Source of the DNA: Thermoanaerobaculia bacterium
GTDB lineage: Bacteria > Acidobacteriota > Thermoanaerobaculia > Multivoradales > JAHEKO01
Direction: 5' to 3'
Assembly (NCBI GenBank): GCA_046756565.1
Contig: JBHHWO010000002.1
Location: 1,141 to 65,140 of the forward strand
DNA: 64,000 nucleotides
The notes below the pieces were generated by a model that was not told the DNA's origin, made no database searches, and was given only the letters and a program-made list of their open reading frames with translations. Every line of letters starts with the position of its first letter. Positions within the stretch are counted from its first letter, which is position 1. The translations under genes were made by a program, and so were the position numbers. Positions 1 through 12,522 of the stretch are shown piece by piece.

Positions 1-284
1 CGGGACTCGTACTCGAGAATGCGCTCGGCGCTGCTGCCACTCGTGCCCGGTCGCTCGAGAACCTCCTGCCAGGTACGGGCCGAGAGCCGGTAGACGTACT
101 CGATGGCCGCCAGGAACATCTCCTTCTTGCCCGGCCAGAGCCGGTAGAGGATCGTCTCCTGCACGCCGCAGGCCTTGGCCAGCTCCGCGGTCGTCGTGCG
201 CCGATACCCCTGCTCGACAAAACACCGCGCGATCACGGGCAGGAACTTGGCTCGCTTCTCCTCGCTCAGGTTGGGTCTCGGCAC
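1..284 (-). CDS. TetR/AcrR-family transcriptional regulator, N-terminal part (gene runs off left edge)
   Basis: Not in ORF track. GTG start at 284, truncated by the window. Own minus-strand translation: VPRPNLSEEKRAKFLPVIARCFVEQGYRRTTTAELAKACGVQETILYRLWPGKKEMFLAAIEYVY, a typical TetR_N helix-turn-helix. Confidence 0.6.
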   Translation of the reverse strand, partial: MPRPNLSEEKRAKFLPVIARCFVEQGYRRTTTAELAKACGVQETILYRLWPGKKEMFLAAIEYVYRLSARTWQEVLERPGTSGSSAERILEYES

Positions 285-398
285 GGCTACCTCCCGGGGG
301 ATCTTCCCCAACGGTTCTGTTAGCCGGAACTTACACCCTCTTGACGTCGCTAGAGACTGCTCGAAGAGGGTCGACCCAGCTCGAAGAGAAGGCGCGCC

Positions 399-1481
399 CT
401 ATCCGGTGACGCGCCGCATCAGACCTTCCAAGGGCCCACGATGGAAGCGCCGGCGCCAAACCAGCGCGAATCCGATTCCAAGCAGCCAGAACAGAACCGA
501 GCAAGCAAGCGAAAACGCTGGCGATTGATTCTCCAGACGACCGAGTGCGTCGAGGGTCGTCATCCCGACGAGAACGTGGGCTACGTACAAAGTCAGCGAA
601 AGCTGACCCGCGGCCACCAGTGCTCGACAGAGGACATGTGCGCGGCAGCGCTCCGTGAGCTCGACGCACAGCACGATCACGGCGACGCCAGTCGCACCCG
701 CCGCTAGCAGGTACTGAGGCATGGGCGGCATTGGTGCCGTTGCCAAAAGCGCTGTGGCGACTTCACTCGGCCCCTCGGGCGACGCCAGCCGGATCGCAGC
801 CTTCGAAAGGAGCTCCGTGCCGATTGCCAGGGGGACGCTGACCGCGAGCGCCCGACGCCGCCATCCTCGGTCGCTCATCGGCCGCCGCCCGAGCCACAAA
901 CCGAACGCCACGAACGAGAACCACGGGACCACGGGATGAAGGCCGTTGAAAAAAATGCGTCGAACCAGACCGCGCGGAGTCCAGGGATCGGCATATTCGA
1001 GTGTCTCCCAGTTCCAGCTCGCCTCGTAGTCGAGTGTCAGGATCAGTACCACGAAGCCCAGAGCAGCCAGACCAGCAATCCACCAGAGATGGCGATCCCG
1101 CGCGGTAAAGACAAAGGCTACCAACGCGAGGTACACGCCATAGAAGTGGAGGATGTCTCCCACATAGATTGGGTAGTAGAGCAGGCCGACGACGAACAGA
1201 AAGAGCGCCCGTTTGAGAATCCGCATGCGAGCCTTCTGGATCGCAGCCGGATCCGCTGACTCGCGCGCGCGGCGGGACAAGAGCGCCAGCCCGACTCCCG
1301 CCAAGATCACGAAGGTCGCCGACGCGCGGCCTTCAAAGAGCCGCGGAAGCATCGACATCAAAGCCGAGCCGGAGTTGCTCGCCACCATCACGATCTTGAA
1401 GTTGACGACGACCATCCCGAAGATGGCCAGAGCCCTGGCGACATCCAGTCCGAGGAGTCGACTGCCACCCGACTTTTTCAT
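399..1481 (-). CDS. Polytopic membrane protein, DUF418/YeiB-like (acyltransferase-3-like fold)
   Basis: 360-aa ORF. N-terminus RLLGLDVARALAIFGMVVVNF and multiple hydrophobic helices resemble the YeiB/DUF1624-DUF418 family. Confidence 0.65.
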   Translation of the reverse strand: MKKSGGSRLLGLDVARALAIFGMVVVNFKIVMVASNSGSALMSMLPRLFEGRASATFVILAGVGLALLSRRARESADPAAIQKARMRILKRALFLFVVGLLYYPIYVGDILHFYGVYLALVAFVFTARDRHLWWIAGLAALGFVVLILTLDYEASWNWETLEYADPWTPRGLVRRIFFNGLHPVVPWFSFVAFGLWLGRRPMSDRGWRRRALAVSVPLAIGTELLSKAAIRLASPEGPSEVATALLATAPMPPMPQYLLAAGATGVAVIVLCVELTERCRAHVLCRALVAAGQLSLTLYVAHVLVGMTTLDALGRLENQSPAFSLACSVLFWLLGIGFALVWRRRFHRGPLEGLMRRVTG

Positions 1482-1592
1482 TCAGGCCGCCCAAGCTATC
1501 GCACGCAGCCGCTACGGTTGGACCATCGGTAGAGGGGGCGGCGGCGGCGATCTGGTCCTGCCACCGGATTTCGTCGGTAAGATAGCCGTTCA

Positions 1593-4480
<2,888 letters not shown>

Positions 4481-4484
<4 letters not shown>

Positions 4485-5350
4485 ATCACCTCGCAACCTG
4501 GTCGAAGGACTCCGGCGGAAGCGCATCCGAATCCGCCTGGACCGGTGGTATCGACCTCGTCTACGCCGAGGGCTCGAGCCTACAGACCAACATCGATCTC
4601 AATCGCACCTACACGACCGATGAGTTCGGCCGGCCGATGGCCTCACCGGTACGGCCGGATCCGACGACCAATGTGTCTCTGACACGACAGTCGATCGGTG
4701 AGTCCGAGTATCAGGCCATCACATTCAAGGTGAACCGGCGTTTCACAGGCAGGTACCAGATGCAGGCCCACTACACCCTCGCCGACGACAAGGACACCGA
4801 CTCCAATGAGAGAAGCGCGACCAGTTCGACAGCTTCCTTCGGCGGCGCCGACCGCTCGCTCTGGAACCCACGCTACGACTGGGGTCACTCCGAGAAGGAC
4901 ATCGAGAACCGTTTGGTCATCAGCGGTGTCTATCTCCTGCCCTGGGACTTCAAGATCTCGGGTATCGTCGAGCATGGTTCCGGTGTTCCGTACAACCCCA
5001 CCGACCGCGGTGTGGATTTTGCGTACTGCGGCTTCACATCGCTCGGCTTCGACTGCGTCGATGCCCGCCCGGTAGACGCCAATGGCAACGTCCTCCAACG
5101 CAACTCGTTTCGCAACGAGTCGGTGCAACGCATGGACCTGAGGCTGTCCAAGTTCTTCGAGTTCGGCAACGACAAGAGCGTCGACGTCTTCCTCGAGGTC
5201 TTCAACCTCTTCGACGACCAGGCTTTCGTGGTCTGCAACAGTTTCAGCTGCGACCGGCGCCGCGATCCCGAGAATGCCCAGTTTGGCTTGGCCTCAGGCC
5301 GCTTGACCCAGCCCCAGATCTACCAGATTGGAGGTCGATTCACCTTCTGA
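4481..5350 (+). pseudogene. C-terminal ~290 aa of a TonB-dependent receptor-like OM barrel, no plug or N-terminal barrel (remnant)
   Basis: Alternating beta-strand pattern ending in YQIGGRFTF (terminal Phe, OM beta-signal). No signal peptide, TonB box or plug. ATG at 4481 overlaps the kinase stop (ATGA). The same frame is closed upstream of 4451. Confidence 0.5.
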
Positions 5351-5550
5351 CCCGGCGCCACGGCCTGGACGACGACGGACCAGGTTCCGGCCGGTACCCC
5401 CAGAAGGTCGGGTCAGCCACCTGCCACCCGGAGCTCGTCCTCCCCCTTGCTCCCACCACCGAGAGGTAGGCACGGCCGTCCGCCCTGCCGGGGCGCGAGC
5501 TATACTCGAGACGGTCGCCAGGTCGTTGCGTCGACCGAGCCGTCCGGATC

Positions 5551-6060
5551 ATGTCCATCGTCTCCAAGCGCGTCCGCTACGCTCTTCACGGTCTCGCCTT
5601 TCTAGCGAGGCACGACGAGTCGGAGGATCCTGTTCCGTTCGAGATGATCCTCGCCTACCTGCGGGCATATTCGCAGCGTTTGACGCTCTCTCCCAGCTAC
5701 ATCGCGAAAGTTTTCCAGGATGTCTCGAGAGCCGGCCTCACCGTTGCCGTTCCGGGACCGCACGGCGGCTACCGGTTGGCCGCACCCGCGGAGAAGCTGT
5801 CCCTGATCAAGGTGGTCGAGGCTCTGGACGGACCTCTGGGGTCGGAATGCTGTCTGCTCTCGGTGGGCAACTGCACCCAGCAAGGACGGTGTGGCGTGCG
5901 CCTCCTCGTTCAGCAGGCGGAGAGCGCCTACTACGATTTCTTCGCCGGAGAAACCGTGGCTTCTCTGTCGAAAAAGATGACATTCCCCGATCTGGATCGG
6001 CCGGTTGGAGAAAACCCTCCGCCGATCCAAATCGGTGAATCAGGCCCTTCAAACAGTTGA
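5551..6060 (+). CDS. Rrf2-family transcriptional regulator with Cys cluster (IscR/NsrR-like)
   Basis: MSIVSKRVRYALHGLAFLARH is a typical Rrf2 wHTH start. Cys motif CCLLSVGNCTQQGRC (C-x6-C-x5-C) sits where Rrf2 Fe-S ligands lie. Confidence 0.85.
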   Translation: MSIVSKRVRYALHGLAFLARHDESEDPVPFEMILAYLRAYSQRLTLSPSYIAKVFQDVSRAGLTVAVPGPHGGYRLAAPAEKLSLIKVVEALDGPLGSECCLLSVGNCTQQGRCGVRLLVQQAESAYYDFFAGETVASLSKKMTFPDLDRPVGENPPPIQIGESGPSNS

Positions 6061-6132
6061 ACTAAGCGGCGCGATCCCAGTCGCGGTCAGGGGCTCTTCG
6101 AGGTCCATCAGGTTCCGGCGACGCCTCGAATC

Positions 6133-6147
6133 TGGCACGAGGATTGC
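6133..6147 (+). promoter_or_regulatory. Sigma-54 (-24/-12) promoter TGGCAC-GAGGA-TTGC
   Basis: Read directly: tcTGGCACgaggaTTGCgg. Exact GG-N10-GC spacing, about 55-70 nt upstream of the first start candidates (6205/6220) of the 8-gene operon. Confidence 0.6.
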
Positions 6148-6204
6148 GGAAAGGCTGTGCGTCTGCTTGATTTACGATATTAACTATCGATAATATCCCC
6201 GTTC

Positions 6205-7950
6205 TTGGAGATCGGTCGGTTGTCGAGACCTGCAAGACAGGAAAGAGGTCGGTTGTTGGATACCCTCGGGTGCCAGGAGCTTTGTTGCGTCCTGGTGCTG
6301 GGAGTGGCGGTGGCCACTCTGGCGGGCTGTGAGCGTCCCGAGAGCGAGAGCGTTGCGGTTGGAGTCCTGGCCCTGGCCAACCTTCCGCCGCTGCCGCCCG
6401 TTGGCAGTGAAGGCGTCTTCGCCGACGTGACCCTGGCTGCCGGGATCACCGCTGAGCATCATCTGCCCGGTGATGACTTCGTCAACATCGTCGACTCGCT
6501 GGGTTCGGGGGCGGCGTTCGCCGATCTCGACGGTGACGACTGGCTCGACCTGATCGTGGTCGGAGGCCCGAGCCTGCCGGGTGAGGCCGACTGGCCGCCA
6601 GATCACAGCGGCGTCCGTGTGTTTCGCAATCTGCGCGACGGCCGGTTCGCGGATGTGACCACCGACTCGGGCATCGCCGCGAATGAGACCGCCATCGCGG
6701 TCGCCGTTGCGGACATCGACGGGGACGGAGATCGCGACGTCTATCTCGTAGACCGTGGTCCGAATCGGCTCTACCGCAACCGCGGAGACGCCACCTTCGA
6801 GATAGCCACCGACGAGGCCGGTCTGGGGCATCCGGGATTCGGAGTCAGTGCGGTTTTCTTCGATATGGACGGCGACTACGATCTCGATCTCTATCTGGGC
6901 AACTACCTGGAGTTTGACGAGAGGCAGAGCGCATTCTTCGCGCCCGACGGATTTCCCGGCCCGCTCAGCTATGAGGCGCAACCCGATGTGCTCTACGAGA
7001 ATCTCGGGAACGGCCGGTTCGTGGACGTATCGGAACCGGCCGGCATAGCGGATCTTCGCGGCCGCACGATGAGCGTAGCGGCCCTCGACTTCGATAACGA
7101 CACCGACACCGATCTGTTCGTTGCCAGCGACGCGACCGAGAACTATCTGCTGCTCAACGACGGTAGTGGCAGATTCGACGAGGCGGGCTTCGAGGCTGGC
7201 GTCGCGATGGGCGAGAACGGGGAGCAAACCGGCGCCATGGCGGTGGCGGTGGGCGACGTGGACGGAGACGGCCAGCTCGATTTGGCCGTCTCGGACACCG
7301 CCTACGGTGCCCTCTATCGCAGAGTCGGAGACGCGCTGTTTGCCGACGACGTGATGCTTTCAGGCTTGGCTCCGCTGTGTGGTCAGTACGTGAGTTGGGG
7401 CCAGAACCTCCTCGACTATGACAATGACGGCGACCTCGACCTATTTGTCGTCAACGGTGATCTGCATCACGTCGTGGGTTGGGAGGACATGCTGCTGCGC
7501 AACGACGGCGGAGCCCGGTTTCGCGATGCTTCTCTGGAGGGCGGCTTCTACTTCGAAGGTCGCGAGGTGGGCCGCAGCTCGATCGTGGGCGACTACGACA
7601 ACGATGGTGATCTCGACCTGTTTGTTACCGCCGTCAACGGTCGCCACTTTCTGCTCAGGAACGACTCGCCGCCTGGGCCCTCGTGGATCAGCGTGGATCT
7701 GTCCGGCGATCGTGTGCGGGACCCGTTCGGTGCTCGAATCGAGATCCAGGCCGGTGATCGAGCCTGGGCTTCCGAATACCGGTTCAATTCGGCCTACCTC
7801 GGCCAGAGCGACTCGAGGGTCCACTTTGGTCTCGGCGAAGGTGTCGATGTCGTCGACCGGCTGAGGGTGATCTGGCCGGACGGTACGGAGGTCGAGCTCA
7901 CCCGTGTCGAGACCGGGCGCACGCATCGCATCGAGCGAGGAGCCGCCTAG
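6205..7950 (+). CDS. CRTAC1-family protein (FG-GAP/VCBS repeats + ASPIC/UnbV C-terminal domain), lipoprotein
   Basis: Lipobox VATLAGC. Repeated DxDxDGDxD FG-GAP/VCBS calcium loops. C-terminal GARIEIQAGDRAWASEYRFNSAYLGQSDSRVHFGLG is UnbV_ASPIC-like. Start uncertain (TTG 6205 or TTG 6220 after GGAGA). Confidence 0.85.
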   Translation: MEIGRLSRPARQERGRLLDTLGCQELCCVLVLGVAVATLAGCERPESESVAVGVLALANLPPLPPVGSEGVFADVTLAAGITAEHHLPGDDFVNIVDSLGSGAAFADLDGDDWLDLIVVGGPSLPGEADWPPDHSGVRVFRNLRDGRFADVTTDSGIAANETAIAVAVADIDGDGDRDVYLVDRGPNRLYRNRGDATFEIATDEAGLGHPGFGVSAVFFDMDGDYDLDLYLGNYLEFDERQSAFFAPDGFPGPLSYEAQPDVLYENLGNGRFVDVSEPAGIADLRGRTMSVAALDFDNDTDTDLFVASDATENYLLLNDGSGRFDEAGFEAGVAMGENGEQTGAMAVAVGDVDGDGQLDLAVSDTAYGALYRRVGDALFADDVMLSGLAPLCGQYVSWGQNLLDYDNDGDLDLFVVNGDLHHVVGWEDMLLRNDGGARFRDASLEGGFYFEGREVGRSSIVGDYDNDGDLDLFVTAVNGRHFLLRNDSPPGPSWISVDLSGDRVRDPFGARIEIQAGDRAWASEYRFNSAYLGQSDSRVHFGLGEGVDVVDRLRVIWPDGTEVELTRVETGRTHRIERGAA

Positions 7951-7952
7951 CC

Positions 7953-9425
7953 GTGCGTGCTCGAACTCGAGAGTTGCTCGTTTCGGGTTGCGCCCTGCTC
8001 GGGCTGCTCACCGTTTTCGGTATTGGCTGCGTCGAGCAACCGGTGTCGGGAGAGCTGCCGGAGGCTCTCGCGGTGGTCGTGACAGAGCTACCGGCCGGCG
8101 CCTCGCCCGAGGCTTTGAACTCGGATCCAGCTCCGGACTCGCGCTACCCTGAAGGAAGCCGGATCGCACTGATAGTCGAAGGACAGCCGGGAACCGGCCG
8201 CATTCTCTCAGGAGGGTTCGTTGCCGCCGGCGCGCCGGACGTTTCCTCCTCGGGCGACGCGGTGCTATTCACGGCGCGGCGCTCGGCGGCGGACCCGTGG
8301 ACGATCTATCGCAGTGATCTCCAGCGCCGCAGCCGCCCTCAAGCGATCACCCAACTGGACACGGATTGCACGGATCCGGCCTTCTTGGCCGGTGGCCGGG
8401 CCGTGTTCAGTTGCCTTGCACCGGTTCCCGGAAGAGAGCAGGAAGGAGACAAGACCTGGGCGCTCCATACGGCTCGGCTGGACGGATCGCACTTCGAGCG
8501 GATCACCTACGGGCTACTTGCCGCCTCCGGGCCCACGCAGCTTCCGGACGGGAGAGTCCTCTTCTCCATGTGGCAAGAAGCTGGAGCGGGCCGCTCGCAA
8601 AGTTCGACCGCGCTATTCACGGTCAATGCGGACGGGACCCTTCTCCAGTCGTTCTCCGGTCATCATGGAGGGCCGGTTCTCAAACAACGCCCGCGCTTGG
8701 CTGACCAGGGCCGCGTCGTGTTTCTCGGCGCAGAACCGCCAGCCTACGAGCCGTTGTTGCTCGGAGTCGAAATGGCGCGCCCCCAGAGTCCGATGGAATC
8801 GTATGACCCTCCTGTGACTCCGCTGAGCGCCGAGCCTCTCGGTGGTGGAGAAATGCTGCTCGTCGGAAGGGACGAGCGTGTTGGGGCGCCCGGGAGCTCA
8901 GGGCTGTACCGATGGCGGCCAGGTGATTCGCCGATTGCGATTCGTGGACACGAGAAGTGGGACGTTGTCGAGGCCGTCCCTCGTCGACCGGCTCCCGAGC
9001 CTAAGGACCGACCGTCGGCGGTGGTCCGCACTCGCCTCACAGGAATCTTGCTCTGCTACGACGCGCAGCGATCCGACGGCGTCGTCGGGCCTTCCGACTC
9101 CAGTTCGCCGGCGCGTCGAGTGGTTCTGGAAACCCTGAATGGCGGGGCCCGTTCGTCGGCGATGGTATTGGGTGTGGACAACCTCGACGATGACGGCTCC
9201 TTTCACCTCGAAGTGCCTGCCGATCGTCCTCTACGAGTGCGCACTCTCGACGAGGCCGGCGCTGAGGTAGCGACCTCGGGTTGGTTCTGGCTGCGCCCGG
9301 GAGAGGTTCGGTCCTGCTTCGGTTGCCATGAAAGCCGCGAGGTGGCTCCGGTCAACCGGCCGATTGCGGCTCTCGCGCACGGCCCCTCACGGCTCGGCGT
9401 TCTCGGGGAGGCCGGCTCGCGATGA
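7953..9425 (+). CDS. Secreted propeller-like protein with C-terminal single CxxCH module (HzsA-middle-domain-like, from memory)
   Basis: GTG 2 nt after the upstream stop. Signal/lipoprotein-like LLGLLTVFGIGC. C-terminus GSFHLEVPADRPLRVRTLDEAGAEVATSGWFWLRPGEVRSCFGCHESREVAPVN. Confidence 0.65.
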   Translation: MRARTRELLVSGCALLGLLTVFGIGCVEQPVSGELPEALAVVVTELPAGASPEALNSDPAPDSRYPEGSRIALIVEGQPGTGRILSGGFVAAGAPDVSSSGDAVLFTARRSAADPWTIYRSDLQRRSRPQAITQLDTDCTDPAFLAGGRAVFSCLAPVPGREQEGDKTWALHTARLDGSHFERITYGLLAASGPTQLPDGRVLFSMWQEAGAGRSQSSTALFTVNADGTLLQSFSGHHGGPVLKQRPRLADQGRVVFLGAEPPAYEPLLLGVEMARPQSPMESYDPPVTPLSAEPLGGGEMLLVGRDERVGAPGSSGLYRWRPGDSPIAIRGHEKWDVVEAVPRRPAPEPKDRPSAVVRTRLTGILLCYDAQRSDGVVGPSDSSSPARRVVLETLNGGARSSAMVLGVDNLDDDGSFHLEVPADRPLRVRTLDEAGAEVATSGWFWLRPGEVRSCFGCHESREVAPVNRPIAALAHGPSRLGVLGEAGSR

Positions 9426-11395
9426 ACCGTCTCGGCGACGCCAGGAGCGCCGTCCGTCTCTACGCGTCGGTCGGGATCTCGCTGGTCGTGCTCGCGTCCT
9501 TCGGTGGACTCGGAATCCTGTCGCTGTATGGCGCTCACTACCGTCAGGTGACGGGAAGAGACGAACGGCCGGAGGTGGGGTGCTTCTACTGTCACCGGCG
9601 GGTCCAAGAGCCGAGTCGCCGTGGCGACCCGGGCGAGCCTGTGAGGTATCCGTCGCCCGCAGGGATCGCCGTTTCGGCCGATGGAGCGACACTCTGGGTC
9701 GCGGCCGAGGGTACCGATCGACTGCTCGAAATAGATCTCGAAAGCCGGACAGTTACTCGCGCCATCGTCATTCCAGGCGGCCCCTTTGGAGTAGCTCGGT
9801 CTGCTGGGGGCGATCGGCTGGCCGTCACGGCTCGCGCCGCTGACCGGGTTGCGATCGTCGATACCACGGAGTTTCGGGTACTCCGGTGGGTGGCGGCTGG
9901 AAGAGAGCCCTTGGGAGTCGAAGTGGCCGCCGGCGGGAGCGAGGTCTTCGTGGCCAACGGCGGTTCCAACGACGTGCTCCTGGCCTCGGTGACGTCTGAG
10001 ACCGAGCGCCACCGTCTGGGAGCGGGAATGGAGCCGTACGCGATCGATCTGGCCGCCGAAACGGGCCTTCTGGCGGTCGCCAACCGGCGCGTACGGCCTC
10101 GGCCCGAGCCGGCTCTGCCGGAGTCGGAGCTGACCGTGATCGATACGGTCTCAGGGCGAGTGCAAGCCCGGCATGCTCTTCGTAGCGCTCATCTCGCCGA
10201 GGGAGTGGCGATCTCGGCCGATGGGTCCTTTGTCCTGGTGCCGGTGGTCAGAGCCCGGAACTACCTACCCACCACTCAGGTGGCGCGGGGAGGACTGATG
10301 AATAGTGCTCTAGCCTTCGTCGAGACCCACTCCGGAGGCCGGGTTGTCCAATTCCCACTCGACGAAGTGAACGCCTACTACGCCGATCCGGCCGGAGTCG
10401 CTTTGAGCTCCGATAACCGACGGGCGTACGTCGCTCACGCAGGAGCCAGTGTGGTGTCGGTGGTCGACCTTTCGGTTTTGAGAAAGATGGTCTCGAGCTT
10501 GGACGCTGCGGCGTTGGACGAGCTCGGCGACGACCTCGGCGCGGCGGCCGGCTATGTGCTGGCGAGGATTCCGACTTCCCACGGTCCGAGCGCGCTTACG
10601 CTGTCGGCCGACGGCCGCAGGCTCTTCGTAGCCGAGCGTCTCGCCGACACGATCGCCGTCATCGATACCGACGAGCTGGAGGTGATCGGGCGCATCGACC
10701 TGGGCGGGCCGGGAGAGCTGACCGCGGTACGGCGTGGCGAGCGAGTGTTTCACGACGCTTCGGCGAGCTTTCAGGGGCAGTTTTCATGCCGCTCCTGCCA
10801 TCCCGACGGGCACACTGACGGCCTCAACTGGGATTTCGAGATCGACGGCGTCGGACGCAATCGGCTGGACACCCGGTCGCTGCGTGGCATTCGCGATACC
10901 GCGCCGTTCAAGTGGAACGGCAAGAATCCCGACCTGGCCACGCAGTGTGGTCCTCGCTTCGCGCGGGTGTTGACGCGTTCCGAGCCCTTCAGCCCGCAGC
11001 GACTCGAGGACCTCGTGACCTATATCGAGTCGCTTCGGCTGTCGGCCAAGGCCGGCCCCGATGCTCGGGCGCCGGCCATTGCCCGCGGTCGGCAGCTCTT
11101 TTTTCGGAGCACCACGATCTCTGGAGAGACGATTCCCGTTCGCCAGCGTTGTGACACCTGTCATCGCCCACCGCTGTTTACCGATCGGTTGATGACCGAC
11201 GTGGGCACCGGCGGGGTGTTCGACACGCCTCACCTGCTCGATATCGGGCTGTCACCGCCCTATCTGCACGATGGTCGCGCACAGACGCTCGAGGAGATCT
11301 GGACCGTCCACAGCCCGGAGGACACGCATGGAGCAACGAACGACATGAGCAAGGCGGAGCTCAACGACCTCGTGGTCTTCTTGAAGAGTCTGTAG
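9422..11395 (+). CDS. YVTN-type beta-propeller fused to di-haem cytochrome c peroxidase (CCP/MauG-like), plus an extra N-terminal CxxCH
   Basis: ATGA overlap with the upstream gene. N-terminal TM helix, then CFYCH. Repeated propeller blades (LWVAAEGTDRLLEIDL, LAVTARAADRVAIVD, LFVAERLADTIAVIDT). CCP block FSCRSCHPDGHTDGLNWDF...RCDTCHRPPLFTD...PPYLHDGRAQTLEE. Confidence 0.85.
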   Translation: MNRLGDARSAVRLYASVGISLVVLASFGGLGILSLYGAHYRQVTGRDERPEVGCFYCHRRVQEPSRRGDPGEPVRYPSPAGIAVSADGATLWVAAEGTDRLLEIDLESRTVTRAIVIPGGPFGVARSAGGDRLAVTARAADRVAIVDTTEFRVLRWVAAGREPLGVEVAAGGSEVFVANGGSNDVLLASVTSETERHRLGAGMEPYAIDLAAETGLLAVANRRVRPRPEPALPESELTVIDTVSGRVQARHALRSAHLAEGVAISADGSFVLVPVVRARNYLPTTQVARGGLMNSALAFVETHSGGRVVQFPLDEVNAYYADPAGVALSSDNRRAYVAHAGASVVSVVDLSVLRKMVSSLDAAALDELGDDLGAAAGYVLARIPTSHGPSALTLSADGRRLFVAERLADTIAVIDTDELEVIGRIDLGGPGELTAVRRGERVFHDASASFQGQFSCRSCHPDGHTDGLNWDFEIDGVGRNRLDTRSLRGIRDTAPFKWNGKNPDLATQCGPRFARVLTRSEPFSPQRLEDLVTYIESLRLSAKAGPDARAPAIARGRQLFFRSTTISGETIPVRQRCDTCHRPPLFTDRLMTDVGTGGVFDTPHLLDIGLSPPYLHDGRAQTLEEIWTVHSPEDTHGATNDMSKAELNDLVVFLKSL

Positions 11396-11397
11396 TC

Positions 11398-12522
11398 ATG
11401 CGCGAATTCCCTCTCAGCTCAACTCTGCTGTTCGTTTCGATGGCGATTGCGATACCGGTTGCTGCCGAAGCAGCCAGCGACCCTTTCTTCAGCCGCTGGG
11501 AGACGTTCGGAGAGGCCGACGGGCTGCCGTCCGAAAAAGTGACCGCCGTGGCAATCGACGGGAATCGGATCTGGGTGGGTACCGATGCCGGACTGGCCCT
11601 GCTGGAGAACGGGCGAATCGAGGTGACCGGCGTCGAAGACGGCCTGCCGTTCCCGGTAGTTTCGGCTCTGGCCGTCGATCGGACGACCGGTGATCTGTGG
11701 ATCGGCACGCAAGGCGGCCTCGCCCGGCTCAGCGCCGGCCGGATAGATCGCTTTACCCAACTCGACAGCGGGCTTGCGAACGACGTCGTCTACGGCGTTG
11801 CTGCCCGGGACGGAGTGGTGTGGGTGGCGACCGCCGCGGGCCTCAACAGCTATTCCGCGGCCACCGACAGCTGGGAGATCTTCGATGTTTCGAACACGCT
11901 CATGCACGAGCCCTGGTGCTATGCGGTGACCTTCGGCGGCGAAGACGTCTACGTAGCGGTCTGGGGCGGCGGAGTCATCGTGCGCGAGCACGACACGGGT
12001 CGATTCCGTGAGCACCGTGATCCGGATGGAGAAATGGAGATCGATCTGTTCCCTGATGACGGACTAGTGCACGACGTGACGTCATCGATTGCCTGGAAAG
12101 ACGGAGTGATGTGGGCCGGAACATACTTCGGCTTGAGCCGATACGAAGGTCGGCGATGGAAATCCTTCAGCCGGCACGACAGCGGCCTCGCGAGTGACTT
12201 CATCAACTTCGTCCAGACCGGCGACGATGAAGTCTGGATCGCGACCGACCGCGGTCTCAGCCGATTCGACTCGATCGACTGGCACACCTGGACACGAAGA
12301 GATGCCGGCGCCTTTGAGCTCGAGGTCACGAAAGCGGACGGGACGGAAGAAACAGTCACAGTGGCGGGAGGTCCCGCGAGTAACTACATCCTCGGTCTGG
12401 CCGTGGATGGCAGGGACATATGGCTGGCCACGGCGGCCGGCTTGACCCATGGGGTCGGGCACCGGGCTGAACGCCGGAGTGCTGCCCCGCAATCTGAACA
12501 CAAGACAGGAGCACCACAATGA
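11398..12522 (+). CDS. Secreted two-component-regulator-propeller (Reg_prop) repeat protein, no kinase domain
   Basis: Signal peptide LLFVSMAIAIPVAAEA. Repeats of the type DGLPSEKVTAVAIDGNRIWVGTDAGLALL and DLWIGTQGGLARL. Confidence 0.7.
   Translation: MREFPLSSTLLFVSMAIAIPVAAEAASDPFFSRWETFGEADGLPSEKVTAVAIDGNRIWVGTDAGLALLENGRIEVTGVEDGLPFPVVSALAVDRTTGDLWIGTQGGLARLSAGRIDRFTQLDSGLANDVVYGVAARDGVVWVATAAGLNSYSAATDSWEIFDVSNTLMHEPWCYAVTFGGEDVYVAVWGGGVIVREHDTGRFREHRDPDGEMEIDLFPDDGLVHDVTSSIAWKDGVMWAGTYFGLSRYEGRRWKSFSRHDSGLASDFINFVQTGDDEVWIATDRGLSRFDSIDWHTWTRRDAGAFELEVTKADGTEETVTVAGGPASNYILGLAVDGRDIWLATAAGLTHGVGHRAERRSAAPQSEHKTGAPQ

Noticed and set aside
6184-7227. 347-aa minus-strand ORF opposite CRTAC1
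   Set aside because: Shadow ORF. The FG-GAP/VCBS calcium loops and lipobox are on the plus strand.
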